A stretch of 64,000 nucleotides of DNA from an uncultured Candidatus Saccharibacteria bacterium. Lineage in GTDB: Bacteria; Patescibacteriota; Minisyncoccia; Phycocordibacterales; Phycocordibacteraceae. The translations under genes were made by a program, and so were the position numbers. Location of the stretch: positions 27,892 through 91,891 of the forward strand of contig CAYUQB010000001.1 in NCBI GenBank assembly GCA_964446735.1, given 5' to 3'. This document shows positions 36,774 to 47,400 of the stretch, piece by piece. The first letter of the stretch is position 1; the number at the start of each line of letters is the position of its first letter. Below the pieces are notes generated by a model. It searched no databases, was not told where the DNA came from, and saw nothing but the letters and a program-made list of their open reading frames with translations.

Positions 36774-37958
36774 TTAGGACGTCATCGTAGCCGCATCTGG
36801 TTCATGAGACAAGGCAATCGAAAGTACCTCCTCGGCAATCATTCGGGCAGCCTCAGGGTTGGCAAAATCCGCCCCTTTTGCGCTCATACTGGCGATGAGC
36901 GCAGGATCGGTCGCAATGCGCCTGGCTTCGCTCGCAAAGACGTGCGGGGTCATGTTCGCCTCTTCTAGCACCACCGCGGCTCCGGTACGGGCATAGGCAT
37001 AGGCGTTGGTGCGTTGGTCGTGGCTGATTTCCTCAGGGATCGGGATAAGGATAGCTGGTCGCTTCCACAGAGAAATTTCAGAGATGGCAGTGGAGCCTGC
37101 ACGTGAAATGACCAGCGTTGCGGCACCGGCCGCCCGTCGCAGTGACAGCGCATTGAGGTATGGAAAGACGTGATAGCGACTCTTGTGCTCCGCTCCCTCA
37201 AGTACTACCGAACTGGTGTTTTCAACGCTCACGAAGTTATCCTTTCCGGTCTGATGAATGATATTGGCAAAACTAACGAGCTCTGGAAGTGCTGACAGCA
37301 CGGTCTCATTGATACGTTGTGACCCCGATGAGCCACCGAGAATAAGAATGGTGGGAACAGCGCGATCAAGTCCCAACTCCTGAAATGCTCCTTCGGGGTC
37401 GGTATATGCCACTTCGCGTCTGATAGGAATGCCGATGCGTGCAATACGGTCTTGGACTCGTGCTGGGAAAAAGCTGCGTGCCGACTCAAATGCAAGTGCA
37501 ATGCGTGCAGCATGCTTCCCTGCAAGAAGATTGGCACGTCCTGGCTTGGCATCAGACTCATGAATGACAACCGGAATCCGGAGTATGTCCGCCGCAATCG
37601 TCACGGGTACGCTTGTGTAGCCGCCCTTCGATACCACAACGTCTGGATAGATGCGGAACAGTGTTATGAGCGCTGAAAGTACACCCCAGGCAGTAACAAA
37701 CACATCAGTTACATTCTTAACACTGGCATACCGGCGCATTTTCCCTGCAGGGCAATATAGGTACTGAAGTTGGTTCTCAAAAAGCGCCTCGGGATCAAAT
37801 GGCTTTGGTGCCATGAAGTACATACGAGGCGCAACAAGGTGTCGCTCGTTAACGATTTGGGTCACCGCTTCTGCGATGGCGATGATGGGATAGAAATGGC
37901 CGCCCGTGCCGCCTCCGGTGAAGACGATTTTCATACTGCGATGCTCGGATTGTAGCAT
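36774..37958 (-). CDS. murG: UDP-N-acetylglucosamine--N-acetylmuramyl-(pentapeptide) pyrophosphoryl-undecaprenol N-acetylglucosamine transferase MurG
   Basis: N-terminal GGTGGHFYP G-loop; GT28 architecture; adjacent to ftsW. Confidence 0.85.
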   Translation of the reverse strand: MLQSEHRSMKIVFTGGGTGGHFYPIIAIAEAVTQIVNERHLVAPRMYFMAPKPFDPEALFENQLQYLYCPAGKMRRYASVKNVTDVFVTAWGVLSALITLFRIYPDVVVSKGGYTSVPVTIAADILRIPVVIHESDAKPGRANLLAGKHAARIALAFESARSFFPARVQDRIARIGIPIRREVAYTDPEGAFQELGLDRAVPTILILGGSSGSQRINETVLSALPELVSFANIIHQTGKDNFVSVENTSSVVLEGAEHKSRYHVFPYLNALSLRRAAGAATLVISRAGSTAISEISLWKRPAILIPIPEEISHDQRTNAYAYARTGAAVVLEEANMTPHVFASEARRIATDPALIASMSAKGADFANPEAARMIAEEVLSIALSHEPDAATMTS

Positions 37959-39065
37959 CTAATGACTACGTCGTTTCGTGCGATGTGCGGCGATGTTGAG
38001 GATGATGCCAACCGCTGCGAGAGTAGCAAGGAGCGCAGTACCACCGTGCGATATAAACGGGAGCGGCAAGCCGGTGAGCGGAAAGATGGAGAGCATCGCT
38101 CCAATGTTTAGAAATGCGGAAATAGAGATAATGAGCGTAAGGCCAGCTGCGGCAAATGTTCCAAACGCACTTCCTGCTTCCGCTGCAATCATAAATCCAC
38201 GCGCTGCAAACGCAGTGAACAGCAACACCAAGAAGACAGCACCAAGAAACCCAAACTCTTCGCTGTATACTGCAAATATTGAATCCCCCACTGGTTCTGG
38301 GAGGTAATTAAATTTCTGTACACTTTGGCCGAATCCGCGTCCCAAGAGCCCACCCGACCCAATGGCAATCAAAGACTGCTGAATCTGATACCCGCTTGCA
38401 AGTGAGTCATGTGCGGGATTAAAGAAGGTCTGGATACGTGCCAGGAGATAGGGACGCGCCATCACGAGTACCGTGAGTCCCATGAGTGCGACCACACCAA
38501 TGATGGCGAAGTCGCGCAGTGGTGCACCGGCAATGAAATACATCGCGGCAGCGGTTGCACCGATAACCAGCACGGTTGAGGTATTCGGCTGCATGATAAG
38601 CAGGATGGCTGGAATACCGATAATTACGCCAAATCCAAGGAGACCGTAGCGAAATTCCGAGAGTTTTGACTTTACCTTCGCGAGATAGCCGGCGAACATA
38701 AGTACCACAGCAATTTTCAGAAACTCCGCCGGCTGCACCGTCACGGGTCCCAAATCAATCCAGCGGGTCGCTCCGTTCGCGTGGTGGCCGATACCAGGAA
38801 TGAATACGGCGGCAGTTAGGAGAAGAGCGAAGATATAGAACGGTAAAACGCCTCGCAAGAGAATGGCGGGAGGCATAAAGCGTAGTGCGACAAGTGCGAT
38901 CACGCCAGGGATAAGGCCAAGCACCAGCTGGGTGAGCGCCAAATGACCCACATTCGAATCTTGGCGGGCGAGAAGGCCCAGTGCTGCTGAAAGAAAGATT
39001 GCTGCTCCACCAATAACGAGGATTACGACAATGAGCACAAATGTCCTGTCCCCGAGGAGCTTCAT
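37959..39065 (-). CDS. ftsW: SEDS-family peptidoglycan glycosyltransferase FtsW/RodA
   Basis: 368 aa polytopic; conserved SEDS C-terminal region (PLPFISHGGTALL). Confidence 0.85.
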   Translation of the reverse strand: MKLLGDRTFVLIVVILVIGGAAIFLSAALGLLARQDSNVGHLALTQLVLGLIPGVIALVALRFMPPAILLRGVLPFYIFALLLTAAVFIPGIGHHANGATRWIDLGPVTVQPAEFLKIAVVLMFAGYLAKVKSKLSEFRYGLLGFGVIIGIPAILLIMQPNTSTVLVIGATAAAMYFIAGAPLRDFAIIGVVALMGLTVLVMARPYLLARIQTFFNPAHDSLASGYQIQQSLIAIGSGGLLGRGFGQSVQKFNYLPEPVGDSIFAVYSEEFGFLGAVFLVLLFTAFAARGFMIAAEAGSAFGTFAAAGLTLIISISAFLNIGAMLSIFPLTGLPLPFISHGGTALLATLAAVGIILNIAAHRTKRRSH

Positions 39066-39170
39066 GGACCAATTCTAACTCACGAAAACAGAACGGGTGG
39101 CTCACGTGTTCAGAATGTAAATGAGAAAAGCCTACGCCCGGTCGGGTTTCGGCTTCTTTCTCGCACTGCA

Positions 39171-39527
39171 TCAGTGGATCTTTCGCTCACGGATGAGCTC
39201 GACGAGCGCTCGGTAGAACGCTGGCCTCTCGTTCCATTGGAGCTCGGTTCCTTCGAACAGGAGGTTGCGCAGTTCATCGTCGCTGAGCGCGGCGAGTCCG
39301 CTCTTTCGTTGTGCGATGTTCGCCGGCGAGACGTACCCCTGAAGGGAGTCGAGATGCGTTTGCAGGTGCATGAGGTAGATGGTCACATTGCGCTCGCCCT
39401 TCTCGATCAGGTTTTTCGAGATCTTGCTGATCAGGCTGCGAATCGCAGGATCACCCATAGAACGTACTGGGATGGAGTCCTGCGCTTTGTCTGCTGCTGC
39501 AGGACGCTTGAAAGGTACTACGGCCAT
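39171..39527 (-). CDS. hypothetical protein
   Basis: Start MAVVPFKRP preceded by GGGGAGaacaat; no recognisable motif. Confidence 0.4.
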   Translation of the reverse strand: MAVVPFKRPAAADKAQDSIPVRSMGDPAIRSLISKISKNLIEKGERNVTIYLMHLQTHLDSLQGYVSPANIAQRKSGLAALSDDELRNLLFEGTELQWNERPAFYRALVELIRERKIH

Positions 39528-39608
39528 ATTGTTCTCCCCATGACCCGACGCCTCCATTGGACGCGTCATTAAAATGCCGCACTTTCGGAGAAACGTCAAG
39601 CTACCCGT

Positions 39609-40196
39609 CTACAACGCTTCGAATAGTTCTTTTACGCGATTGAAGTCATCCTTGATCTCCTCACGTACATCGTCAAAGAAGAGCTTTCGATAATAATCCC
39701 GATCGATCTTTTCAACTCCCCAGCGTTTGATATCCTCGCGCGACTCGCCTCTTTGAAGCATGGTAGCGATACCAAAGTCATAGAACCCTGTACAAAGATG
39801 TGCGAGCGCGTCTGCTGACGCCATCACCTTCCCCACTTCGGTTTTGGGGAGTCTGCCAGCCTTACAGCTATGAAATCTGATGGCATCATCAACAATGACC
39901 GCTTTTTCCTCCTCGCTAAATCCTGATTCATCCAGTAGCGTGCGTGCTATTTCAAAGCTTTTCTCCTCGTGTTGAGGATTCTCTCGTTCCATGACCGCAT
40001 CAGCTATGTCGTGCAGCATAGCTGCGGCAGGAGCGAGTTCCGGTTGTACGCCAAAGCGTTCGGTAAGCTGCTCGGCATAGGTCGCCGCCACAAAGACGTG
40101 ATGCTCCGCGAGCCAGTCAGCCCACGCCGCTCGATTCGGATCCTTCTGATCGTACAGTTCTTTAATTTTACTTCGCAACACCGACAATCGGTCCAT
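39609..40196 (-). CDS. HD-domain phosphohydrolase
   Basis: H...HDIADAV...D metal-binding pattern of the HD superfamily; start MDRLSVL 5 nt downstream of the mraY stop. Confidence 0.65.
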   Translation of the reverse strand: MDRLSVLRSKIKELYDQKDPNRAAWADWLAEHHVFVAATYAEQLTERFGVQPELAPAAAMLHDIADAVMERENPQHEEKSFEIARTLLDESGFSEEEKAVIVDDAIRFHSCKAGRLPKTEVGKVMASADALAHLCTGFYDFGIATMLQRGESREDIKRWGVEKIDRDYYRKLFFDDVREEIKDDFNRVKELFEAL

Positions 40197-40201
40197 ATCA
40201 G

Positions 40202-41263
40202 TTATTTCAACAACGCAATCGCAATGCCAAAGATACCCGCAATGATGGTGATCACCCAATACCGCATGGTGACCTTGTATGCCGGCCATCCAACCGCTTC
40301 GAAATGGTGATGAATAGGTGCGATACGGAAGAGCTTCCGCTTGAATACTTTCTTGGAAATGACTTGGAGCACATTTGTAGCGACGGTGCCGGCAAGCGGA
40401 AATGCAATGATCGGAAGTACTGCAACGCCCACCCCCTCCCCGAGGACGTCAGCTGAAAACGCGGTAACCGCAAGCGCGACCGTGAGCGCCATACTGCCGG
40501 TTTCTGATAAGTAGAAACGGGCAGGTGGAATATTGAACCAAAGGAACGCAAAGAGTGCGCCTGCAACCGCGGCAGCAAATGCAGCCAGTGATACCTGGCT
40601 CTGTGCAAACGCAATGGCGGAGTATGCCATAAAAATAATTGCGAAGACGCCACCGGCTAATCCATCAATGCCATCGATGACTCCACCGGAGTACAGTGCA
40701 AGCGTCACGAGTATAAAGAAAGGAATAAAAAAGAGGCCCAGAGACAGTTCGCCAAAGAAAGGAATGCCAACGGAAGAGACTCCGAGCTTCTCATAGAACC
40801 ACCAGCCAGAAAAGGCCGCAAGCGCACCTACCACTAAAAGTCGCCAGCGGAGTCGAAGTCCACCGTTCGATCGTGTCACTTCGAGAATATCATCAGCAAG
40901 ACCAACTACGGCGCCAACGATAAGGGCAAAGAGCGGGAGCCAGGTCTGCTCCCGATTCACGAAATCAAGACTGGTGAACGGGCCACCAAACACCGCGGCA
41001 AGTGCTATGGCAAGGAGTGCGGTAAGCAATACCGCTCCCCACACCACAATTCCGCCCATACGTGGGGTGGATACTTCCCGTTCGCTATGAAGCGCATCGA
41101 ACATAGGGGTGCCGGTATCGTCTCCCAATCCTTTTCCCTTCCCTGGTTTTTTCTTCCAGGCACGGTACGTGTAGAGATAGTGTGCGACGACCGGCGAAAG
41201 CAGGATGCCGATCACGAAGGCGACAACGAACGGTATGAGCACTTGGGCAGCGTCGAGAATCAT
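40202..41263 (-). CDS. mraY: phospho-N-acetylmuramoyl-pentapeptide-transferase MraY
   Basis: 353 aa, about 10 TM helices; conserved DDxxD-type (ADDILE) and NxxNxxDGIDGL motifs. Confidence 0.85.
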   Translation of the reverse strand: MILDAAQVLIPFVVAFVIGILLSPVVAHYLYTYRAWKKKPGKGKGLGDDTGTPMFDALHSEREVSTPRMGGIVVWGAVLLTALLAIALAAVFGGPFTSLDFVNREQTWLPLFALIVGAVVGLADDILEVTRSNGGLRLRWRLLVVGALAAFSGWWFYEKLGVSSVGIPFFGELSLGLFFIPFFILVTLALYSGGVIDGIDGLAGGVFAIIFMAYSAIAFAQSQVSLAAFAAAVAGALFAFLWFNIPPARFYLSETGSMALTVALAVTAFSADVLGEGVGVAVLPIIAFPLAGTVATNVLQVISKKVFKRKLFRIAPIHHHFEAVGWPAYKVTMRYWVITIIAGIFGIAIALLK

Positions 41264-41266
41264 GTC

Positions 41267-42253
41267 CTATGGATTTGATTCAGCAAAATGATCGAGCGTG
41301 CGGTCGACGAGCACGTCCACATCTCTAAATCGACCTTCACGAGTCGAACCGAGCACCACTACCGCAACTGGATGGTTGATACCAACATCAAATACCACCA
41401 CTAAATTGCCTCCCGCCAGGTCAGTGAATCCGGTCTTTGAAAGTAATGGGTTCGGAATATGCACAATGCCTTGGTTGGTATTCGGGAGCGTATGAGTGTT
41501 GCCTCGACTGTCACGGATAGTAACCGACGATTCAATGGTAGAGCGCGCAATAGTGGGAGCTTCTTTCAAAAGCGCACCAGAAAGCTTCGCAACATCGAGT
41601 GCTGATCCGTATCCGCCTGAGACACTCTCACTGACATCAAGGCCCGTGCCGTTAAGTGCGTAGGTACGGGTCAGTCCCATGGCAGCAGCGGCGCTCGCGA
41701 GTAGTCCACGGTCATTTGTCCGACTCTCCCGTGCCGCTACCTCGGCAATTGCAGCTGCTGCGTCATTGGACGATGCGACCAGAGCGTACCGTGCAAGGTC
41801 CTCCACGGAAAACGTCTCTCCTTCGGTAAGTCCGCTATCACCCTCAGCGGCAAGCGCAGATGCGGTGATGGTAATGCGCGATTCAGGATCAAGCGCGGTT
41901 GCTGCAGCATAGGTCGTGAGAAGCTTCGTCAGTGATGCCAGTGGAAGCTGGTCATCGGCATTCTTCTCGAAGAGGGTGCGCCCGTACGCCAGATCGTAGA
42001 CGACCGCTGCGTGTCCGATAAGTGAAAGTTTGTCATATGGGCTTGGGCGCGGCGGGGTCGTTGTTGCTTCCGATTGATGGGGGAGCGTCTTGGAGAGTTG
42101 TGTGCGACCATTCCCGAGTATTGGGATCATCATGATGCCAAAGCCGATGAGGCCCAGCGCTGCCATCACACCTGCCCCTGCTTGTCGACGCTTATTACGC
42201 ACCTCAAGACGCTTTACGAGTTCTGCCAAATCTGGATGTTCAGCGCCTTTCAT
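41267..42253 (-). CDS. D-alanyl-D-alanine carboxypeptidase (serine-type, S11/PBP5-like)
   Basis: N-terminal TM; SxxK (ASLTKLLT), SxN (SSND) and KTG (KTGFT) active-site motifs. Confidence 0.75.
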   Translation of the reverse strand: MKGAEHPDLAELVKRLEVRNKRRQAGAGVMAALGLIGFGIMMIPILGNGRTQLSKTLPHQSEATTTPPRPSPYDKLSLIGHAAVVYDLAYGRTLFEKNADDQLPLASLTKLLTTYAAATALDPESRITITASALAAEGDSGLTEGETFSVEDLARYALVASSNDAAAAIAEVAARESRTNDRGLLASAAAAMGLTRTYALNGTGLDVSESVSGGYGSALDVAKLSGALLKEAPTIARSTIESSVTIRDSRGNTHTLPNTNQGIVHIPNPLLSKTGFTDLAGGNLVVVFDVGINHPVAVVVLGSTREGRFRDVDVLVDRTLDHFAESNP

Positions 42254-42798
42254 ACTTCTTCAGCCTCACTTTTGGCTTCTTCAGCCGAAATTGCACTCGT
42301 GAACTCTGCATAGCGTGGCAAGTCTTCCTTCTTTGAAACCCCAAGATGTGCCAATGCATCAACGGTTGCTTTGTATCGCGCTCGTCGTTTGTCGTTAGCG
42401 TCCTCGGTGCGCTCAATGAGTCCTCGGAGCGTGAGAGATCGTATCGCAGCTGCCGAGTTTACTCCGCGCACCCAGTCGATCTCACCACGTGTCGCACTAC
42501 CCCGGTATAGGATCATGGCAAGCGTCTCAAGGCTTGCTTTCCCCAAATCTCGTGACAACTCGCTTTCCCGGAGCTTCTTCACTACCGTACTCGCTTCCGC
42601 TGCGGTACGTACCTCAAGCTCGTCTTCAGTGGCTATAAGCGCAAGACCACTTTCAGACAGCGTTCGATCGAGCTCGGTGATAGCTTCATGCAAATCCTCC
42701 TTGGAGAGGTCGAGTATCTTGGTAAGTCGCGTCGTAGGAAGCGCCTCGCCGGCGGCAAAGAGTATAGCGAGAAGCCGGGCGGAATTGGTAAGCGCCAT
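42250..42798 (-). CDS. scpB: segregation and condensation protein B
   Basis: Tandem winged-helix ScpB architecture; overlaps the upstream gene by 4 nt; follows scpA. Confidence 0.8.
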   Translation of the reverse strand: MALTNSARLLAILFAAGEALPTTRLTKILDLSKEDLHEAITELDRTLSESGLALIATEDELEVRTAAEASTVVKKLRESELSRDLGKASLETLAMILYRGSATRGEIDWVRGVNSAAAIRSLTLRGLIERTEDANDKRRARYKATVDALAHLGVSKKEDLPRYAEFTSAISAEEAKSEAEEV

Positions 42799-42854
42799 AG
42801 TCTCTACAGGATACCGCTTTACCGGGGCATCGAGAACCCCTTTCTGTCCCCGTA

Positions 42855-43595
42855 TTAGCCGTACCGCGGTGTTGCCGGCGCAGTATTCGTGATGCGGATA
42901 TCTGCAAAGGTGTCGTGTTGCTGTGCATCGACACTCCCCTGCTTCACGAGCTCAAGGAGTGCTAGGAATGACACGATGACTTCTACTCGCTCACTCGATC
43001 CCGCTGAGAACTCCTTAAAGGACATAGAAAGCTTTTGCTGAACACGTCCCAAAAGCCGCTCCATCATTTCTTCGATTGTGATCATGGTGCGCACCCGAGC
43101 TTCGGGAAGCTTTTCTTCTTTCTCAAGGGCAGCGAGCGCATCCGCGAGCGCCGATTCCAAATTCTTAAGAGAAAGATCGCCACTCGGTGCAAAGATTGGT
43201 TCAGGAGAACGCTCCCCTGCCGATACCATGACGGACCGCCCGAATATTCTTCCCAGCTCTCGCATCATTTCGCGCACCCGCTCATATTCAGCAAGTCTGC
43301 GCTTCAGTTCCTCAACGTCACTTTCTTCTTCCTCGGAAAGCTCAAGCTCTGGGATGAGAGACTTGGACTTAATGAGAAGCAGGGTCGCAGCAACGCCAAT
43401 GAACTGCGCCGCATCCTCCATAGGAAACTTCGCCTGGGTACGCACGTGTTCGATATAGTCATCGGTTACCTGCGAAAGCGATATCTCGTTTACGGAGAGT
43501 TTGCGCTTTTCGATCAGTTCAAGCACCAATTCGAACGGACCTTCGTAGGATTCCGTTCGGAGATGCAATCCCGAGTCTTTTATTTCGAGTGCCAT
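42855..43595 (-). CDS. scpA: segregation and condensation protein A
   Basis: 246 aa ScpA/kleisin-like (FEGPFELVLELIEKRKLSVNEISL). Confidence 0.8.
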   Translation of the reverse strand: MALEIKDSGLHLRTESYEGPFELVLELIEKRKLSVNEISLSQVTDDYIEHVRTQAKFPMEDAAQFIGVAATLLLIKSKSLIPELELSEEEESDVEELKRRLAEYERVREMMRELGRIFGRSVMVSAGERSPEPIFAPSGDLSLKNLESALADALAALEKEEKLPEARVRTMITIEEMMERLLGRVQQKLSMSFKEFSAGSSERVEVIVSFLALLELVKQGSVDAQQHDTFADIRITNTAPATPRYG

Positions 43596-44989
43596 TGCTC
43601 GATAAATCGTATCAAGAGACGGACTGGTGCGCCTGCCGCTCCTTTGGACAACTCCTCTCCTGGTGCAGACGTCATGCGTGGAGCGATATCAAGATGTGCC
43701 CATGGACACTCAAGTTCTTTAGCGAATTGCCAGAGAAAGATGCCTCCCTCAATAGCACCTCCGTATCTCCCAGACTGACCCGTTCCGATGTTGGTAATAT
43801 CGGCGAACGTGCCCTGGATGGCAGGTTCATACTCGTCCCAGAGTGGGAGCGGCCAGACATAGTCGCCACTCTCTTCTCCGAGCTCTTGAAGCTGCTTTGC
43901 GAGCTTCTCATCACGGCTCATCACGCCGCTTGCATAGAGGCCAAGTGCAGAGAGCGCTGCACCGGTAAGTGTTGCGGCATCAATGACTACCGCAGGCTTG
44001 AGTTTCTTTGCATAGGTAATAGCGTCGGCGAGAACGAGTCGTCCTTCCGCATCCGTGTTAAGTACCTCGATAGTTTTTCCGGACATTGAACGAAGGATGT
44101 CGCCAGGACGGTAGGCTTCGTTGCCGGGCATATTTTCGGCAGATGGAATGAGGGCAATAACGTTCTTCTTCAATTTCAAACGCGCTGCAAGCGCGATCGT
44201 ATGTATGACCGCTGCCGCTCCCGACATATCCATGTGCATCTCATAGATGGAGGTTGAAGGTTTCAGATTGAGTCCCCCCGAATCGAACGTGATTCCCTTG
44301 CCGGCAAGTACGATCGGAGCCCCAGAGGCACCACGGTATTCCATGATGGTGAACGTGGGCGGATAGGTGGAACCTTTGCCCACTCCTAAAAGCGCACCCA
44401 TACCGAGTTTCTGCATCTGTGCGACGGTAAGAGTCGTGACTGTGATGGGGAGTCCTTTGGCTGCAAGCTTTGCCGCCTGTGCGAGCCCTTTCGGGGTCAT
44501 GTCGCCTCCGGGGGTATTAGCAAGTTCACGAGTCCTGTTCACTTCTTGTCCGACGGTTTGCCCTACCTTTGCTGCCTTCTCAATGCTCGCGGTCCACTGA
44601 CCATACACGAGTATCTCTTCAACCTCAGTCCACCCCTCTTTTGGTTTCGATTTAAATCTCTTGTACTCAAAATTCGCCATCTCATATGCTTCAGCGGCAA
44701 GGCGCGCAAGTTCTTCCGGAGCAACGCGTTCCATACCCTTCATCAGCCAGGGCGAGTCAGCAAACGAAACAGCGATCTTCCGTTTCTTGAATGACTTTGC
44801 CGTAGTGATTACGGAACGACACAGGGTGATGAATGTACGACGGGTGAGCGGTGTCGCTACACCGATCTCAATCATCTCAACACCGTTTTCACGCACCAAT
44901 CGCCTCACTCCCTTCTCCTTCACGAACACGATTCGCGCATGGGTTTTTGGTGCCTTCTCGATACTTCCTTTACTGAGAGTAATTTTCAT
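43580..44989 (-). CDS. pepA: leucyl aminopeptidase (M17 family)
   Basis: NTDAEGRLVLAD and GAALSALG...VIDAATLTGA M17 metal-binding signatures. Confidence 0.8.
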   Translation of the reverse strand: MKITLSKGSIEKAPKTHARIVFVKEKGVRRLVRENGVEMIEIGVATPLTRRTFITLCRSVITTAKSFKKRKIAVSFADSPWLMKGMERVAPEELARLAAEAYEMANFEYKRFKSKPKEGWTEVEEILVYGQWTASIEKAAKVGQTVGQEVNRTRELANTPGGDMTPKGLAQAAKLAAKGLPITVTTLTVAQMQKLGMGALLGVGKGSTYPPTFTIMEYRGASGAPIVLAGKGITFDSGGLNLKPSTSIYEMHMDMSGAAAVIHTIALAARLKLKKNVIALIPSAENMPGNEAYRPGDILRSMSGKTIEVLNTDAEGRLVLADAITYAKKLKPAVVIDAATLTGAALSALGLYASGVMSRDEKLAKQLQELGEESGDYVWPLPLWDEYEPAIQGTFADITNIGTGQSGRYGGAIEGGIFLWQFAKELECPWAHLDIAPRMTSAPGEELSKGAAGAPVRLLIRFIEQWHSK

Positions 44990-44994
44990 AGTTA

Positions 44995-46338
44995 TTAACT
45001 CGGCGTATCGGTTGAAAGGAGCTGGTCAATGCGATTGATGTCACGCGGGAAGAGTGTCGCTTCCTTTACGTTTGCGAGACCGAGGAACTTTGCTGTGAGT
45101 CGTTCAAGTCCCATACCCCATCCGCCATGTGGCGGCATCCCGTATTTGAAGGCCTGCAGATAGAACGAGAATTGGTCGGGATCGAGTCCCTTCATGCGTA
45201 TGCCGTCGATGAGGTTCTGGTACTCATGACGTCGCTGGCCACCCGTGGTTATTTCAACTCCTCGGAACAAGAGGTCGAAGCTTTTAGTGAACCCTGGATC
45301 CTCCGGATCCTCCATGGTGTACATGGGACGCTTAGCAACGGGATAGTGGGTGATGAATATAAAATCTGAGTCGTGCTCTTTCTTTGCCCACTCACAGAGC
45401 CAGCGTTCATCCTCGGGCTCAAGGTCCGGCTCCTGTCGATTGTCCTTCCCAGTTTCTGTAAAGATGATCTCCTGCGCTTCACGAAGCTTGAGACGCGGTA
45501 TTTCATTTGGCACTTCAGGTATCTCTGCGCCAAGGAGTGCGAATTCAGCAGCAACTGTCTTCTTCAAGTGTTCTGAAACATGCTGCATGAGTCGATTCTC
45601 AACCTGCATCACATCGAGGTGGCTTTCAATGAACCCCATCTCCGCATCGAGAGAGGTGTATTCATTGAGGTGCCGCGAAGTGCTGTGCTTCTCGGCGCGA
45701 AATACGATACCGCTCGAATAGACACGCTCGAACACCCCTACCATGATTTGCTTATACAGTTGAGGTGAGGTAGCAAGATGTGCGGTCTTGCCATAGAAAT
45801 ATGGAACCTCAAACACTTCCCCGCTTCCTTCTGCGTCGTCTCCAATCAGTTTCGGTGCTTGAAATTCAGTAAATCCATCGCTGTTAAGAAATTCACGGTA
45901 TGCCTTTAGGATCTCACTCTGTACCTTGAACACCGCACGTGCACGCTTGCTGCGAAGCGTGAGCGGTAAATGATCCAGGTACGTATCAAGATTAAGTTCT
46001 CCTTCAAATTCAAATGGCACTGGCTCGGCTTCTGCGAGCACCCGCATGCCAGTTATTTCGAGTTCGATATCACCGTTCTGCTTATCCGCTTGTATGTTCT
46101 TCTCCGGGCGTTGATTCACGATCCCTTCGACTGCAACTACGAATTGATTGCGTACCTCTTTTGCAGTATCGATAGCGGCTGAACCGGGAAGCACGACTCC
46201 CTGGACATATCCTGTGGCGTCTCGGAAATCAAAAAAGACGAGCTTGCCCTGATCTCGACGCACGTCTACGGAGCCGGCAACAGATACGGTCTCTCCTACA
46301 TGGCGAGCTAGCTCGCCTATCGCTATACGGCCTTGCAT
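44995..46338 (-). CDS. aspS: class IIb aminoacyl-tRNA synthetase, short aspartyl/asparaginyl type
   Basis: 447 aa; OB-fold N-terminus; class II motifs 2 (FRAEKHSTSRHLNEYTSLDAE) and 3 (GGWGMGLERL); Asp versus Asn specificity cannot be decided by eye. Confidence 0.8.
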   Translation of the reverse strand: MQGRIAIGELARHVGETVSVAGSVDVRRDQGKLVFFDFRDATGYVQGVVLPGSAAIDTAKEVRNQFVVAVEGIVNQRPEKNIQADKQNGDIELEITGMRVLAEAEPVPFEFEGELNLDTYLDHLPLTLRSKRARAVFKVQSEILKAYREFLNSDGFTEFQAPKLIGDDAEGSGEVFEVPYFYGKTAHLATSPQLYKQIMVGVFERVYSSGIVFRAEKHSTSRHLNEYTSLDAEMGFIESHLDVMQVENRLMQHVSEHLKKTVAAEFALLGAEIPEVPNEIPRLKLREAQEIIFTETGKDNRQEPDLEPEDERWLCEWAKKEHDSDFIFITHYPVAKRPMYTMEDPEDPGFTKSFDLLFRGVEITTGGQRRHEYQNLIDGIRMKGLDPDQFSFYLQAFKYGMPPHGGWGMGLERLTAKFLGLANVKEATLFPRDINRIDQLLSTDTPS

Positions 46339-46368
46339 AGCTACTAAAATACCACGAAAGCGCGAGTA

Positions 46369-47322
46369 TCAGGCCACGCCAATAGCACGGCGCACGTCCC
46401 GCATTTTTTGATCAGCTCGACTACGCGCTTCGTCTCGCCCTCGAGCCAGGACCGCTTCAACCGCACCGGAATCCGCATCAAGTGCTTGGTATCGCTCGCG
46501 CATAGGGGCAATGAAGGCATTGAGGTCTTCAACTAACGCTTCTTTAAGAATCTTGTACTGACCCTTGTTCTCTTCATACAGCTTCTTCAATTCGCTCTCA
46601 CTCTTCAACAGCTTATGAATGGCGTAGACGTGTTCTGGGTACTTACCAGAAGAGTCGGTGACTATACTCATCACTGCCTTTGTGATCTCTTCGCTCGAAG
46701 CAAACAGAGGAATGGTGTTGCCGTAGCTCTTACTCATTTTTTGACCGTCGGTTCCTGGGACGACTGCAACCGCAGGCAGGATTCGTTCTTCCGGTAGTTT
46801 GAAGGTCTCGCCGAAGATACGATTGAATTTCTGTGCCGTATCGCGTGCATACTCTACGTGCTGTTTCTGGTCTTGTCCGACCGGTACGACAGCACTGTCG
46901 TACAGGAGAATGTCGGCTGCCATGAGCATGGGGTAGTTAAAAGTACCTACGTTTATTTCTTTATCCCGTGCCTCCGCATCCTTGAATGCATGTGCGCGCA
47001 TGAGGTACGGCATGGTGGTGATCGTGTCGAAAATCCAGGCGAGCTCGGTATGTGCTGGCACGTCTGATTGCTTGAAGATGGTCACTCGTTCGGGATCCAA
47101 TCCGATCGCTAGAAGCGTGCGGGCGAGCTCCATCGTAAGTGCGTGCATCTGGGAGGCATCCTGGATGAAGTTAAGTGCGTGATAGTCCGCGATCATGAGG
47201 TAGCAGTCGTGCTTCCCTTCCTCCTGAAGGTCGACCCACTGCTTGAGTGCCCCGAAATAATTACCAATATGTGCAGTCCCCGTTGGCTTCATGCCGGACA
47301 GGAGAATAGGCTTCTCTTTCAT
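46369..47322 (-). CDS. trpS: tryptophanyl-tRNA synthetase
   Basis: HIGH (TGTAHIGNYFG) and KMSKS (KMSKSYGN) motifs; 317 aa. Confidence 0.9.
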   Translation of the reverse strand: MKEKPILLSGMKPTGTAHIGNYFGALKQWVDLQEEGKHDCYLMIADYHALNFIQDASQMHALTMELARTLLAIGLDPERVTIFKQSDVPAHTELAWIFDTITTMPYLMRAHAFKDAEARDKEINVGTFNYPMLMAADILLYDSAVVPVGQDQKQHVEYARDTAQKFNRIFGETFKLPEERILPAVAVVPGTDGQKMSKSYGNTIPLFASSEEITKAVMSIVTDSSGKYPEHVYAIHKLLKSESELKKLYEENKGQYKILKEALVEDLNAFIAPMRERYQALDADSGAVEAVLARGRDEARSRADQKMRDVRRAIGVA

Positions 47323-47400
47323 GGGAAAACGATAGCATAAAAAGGAGCCGCGCCTTGGGGGGCGCGGCAGATCTCTTCCAGTTTGTTGGTGGTTCTTCCG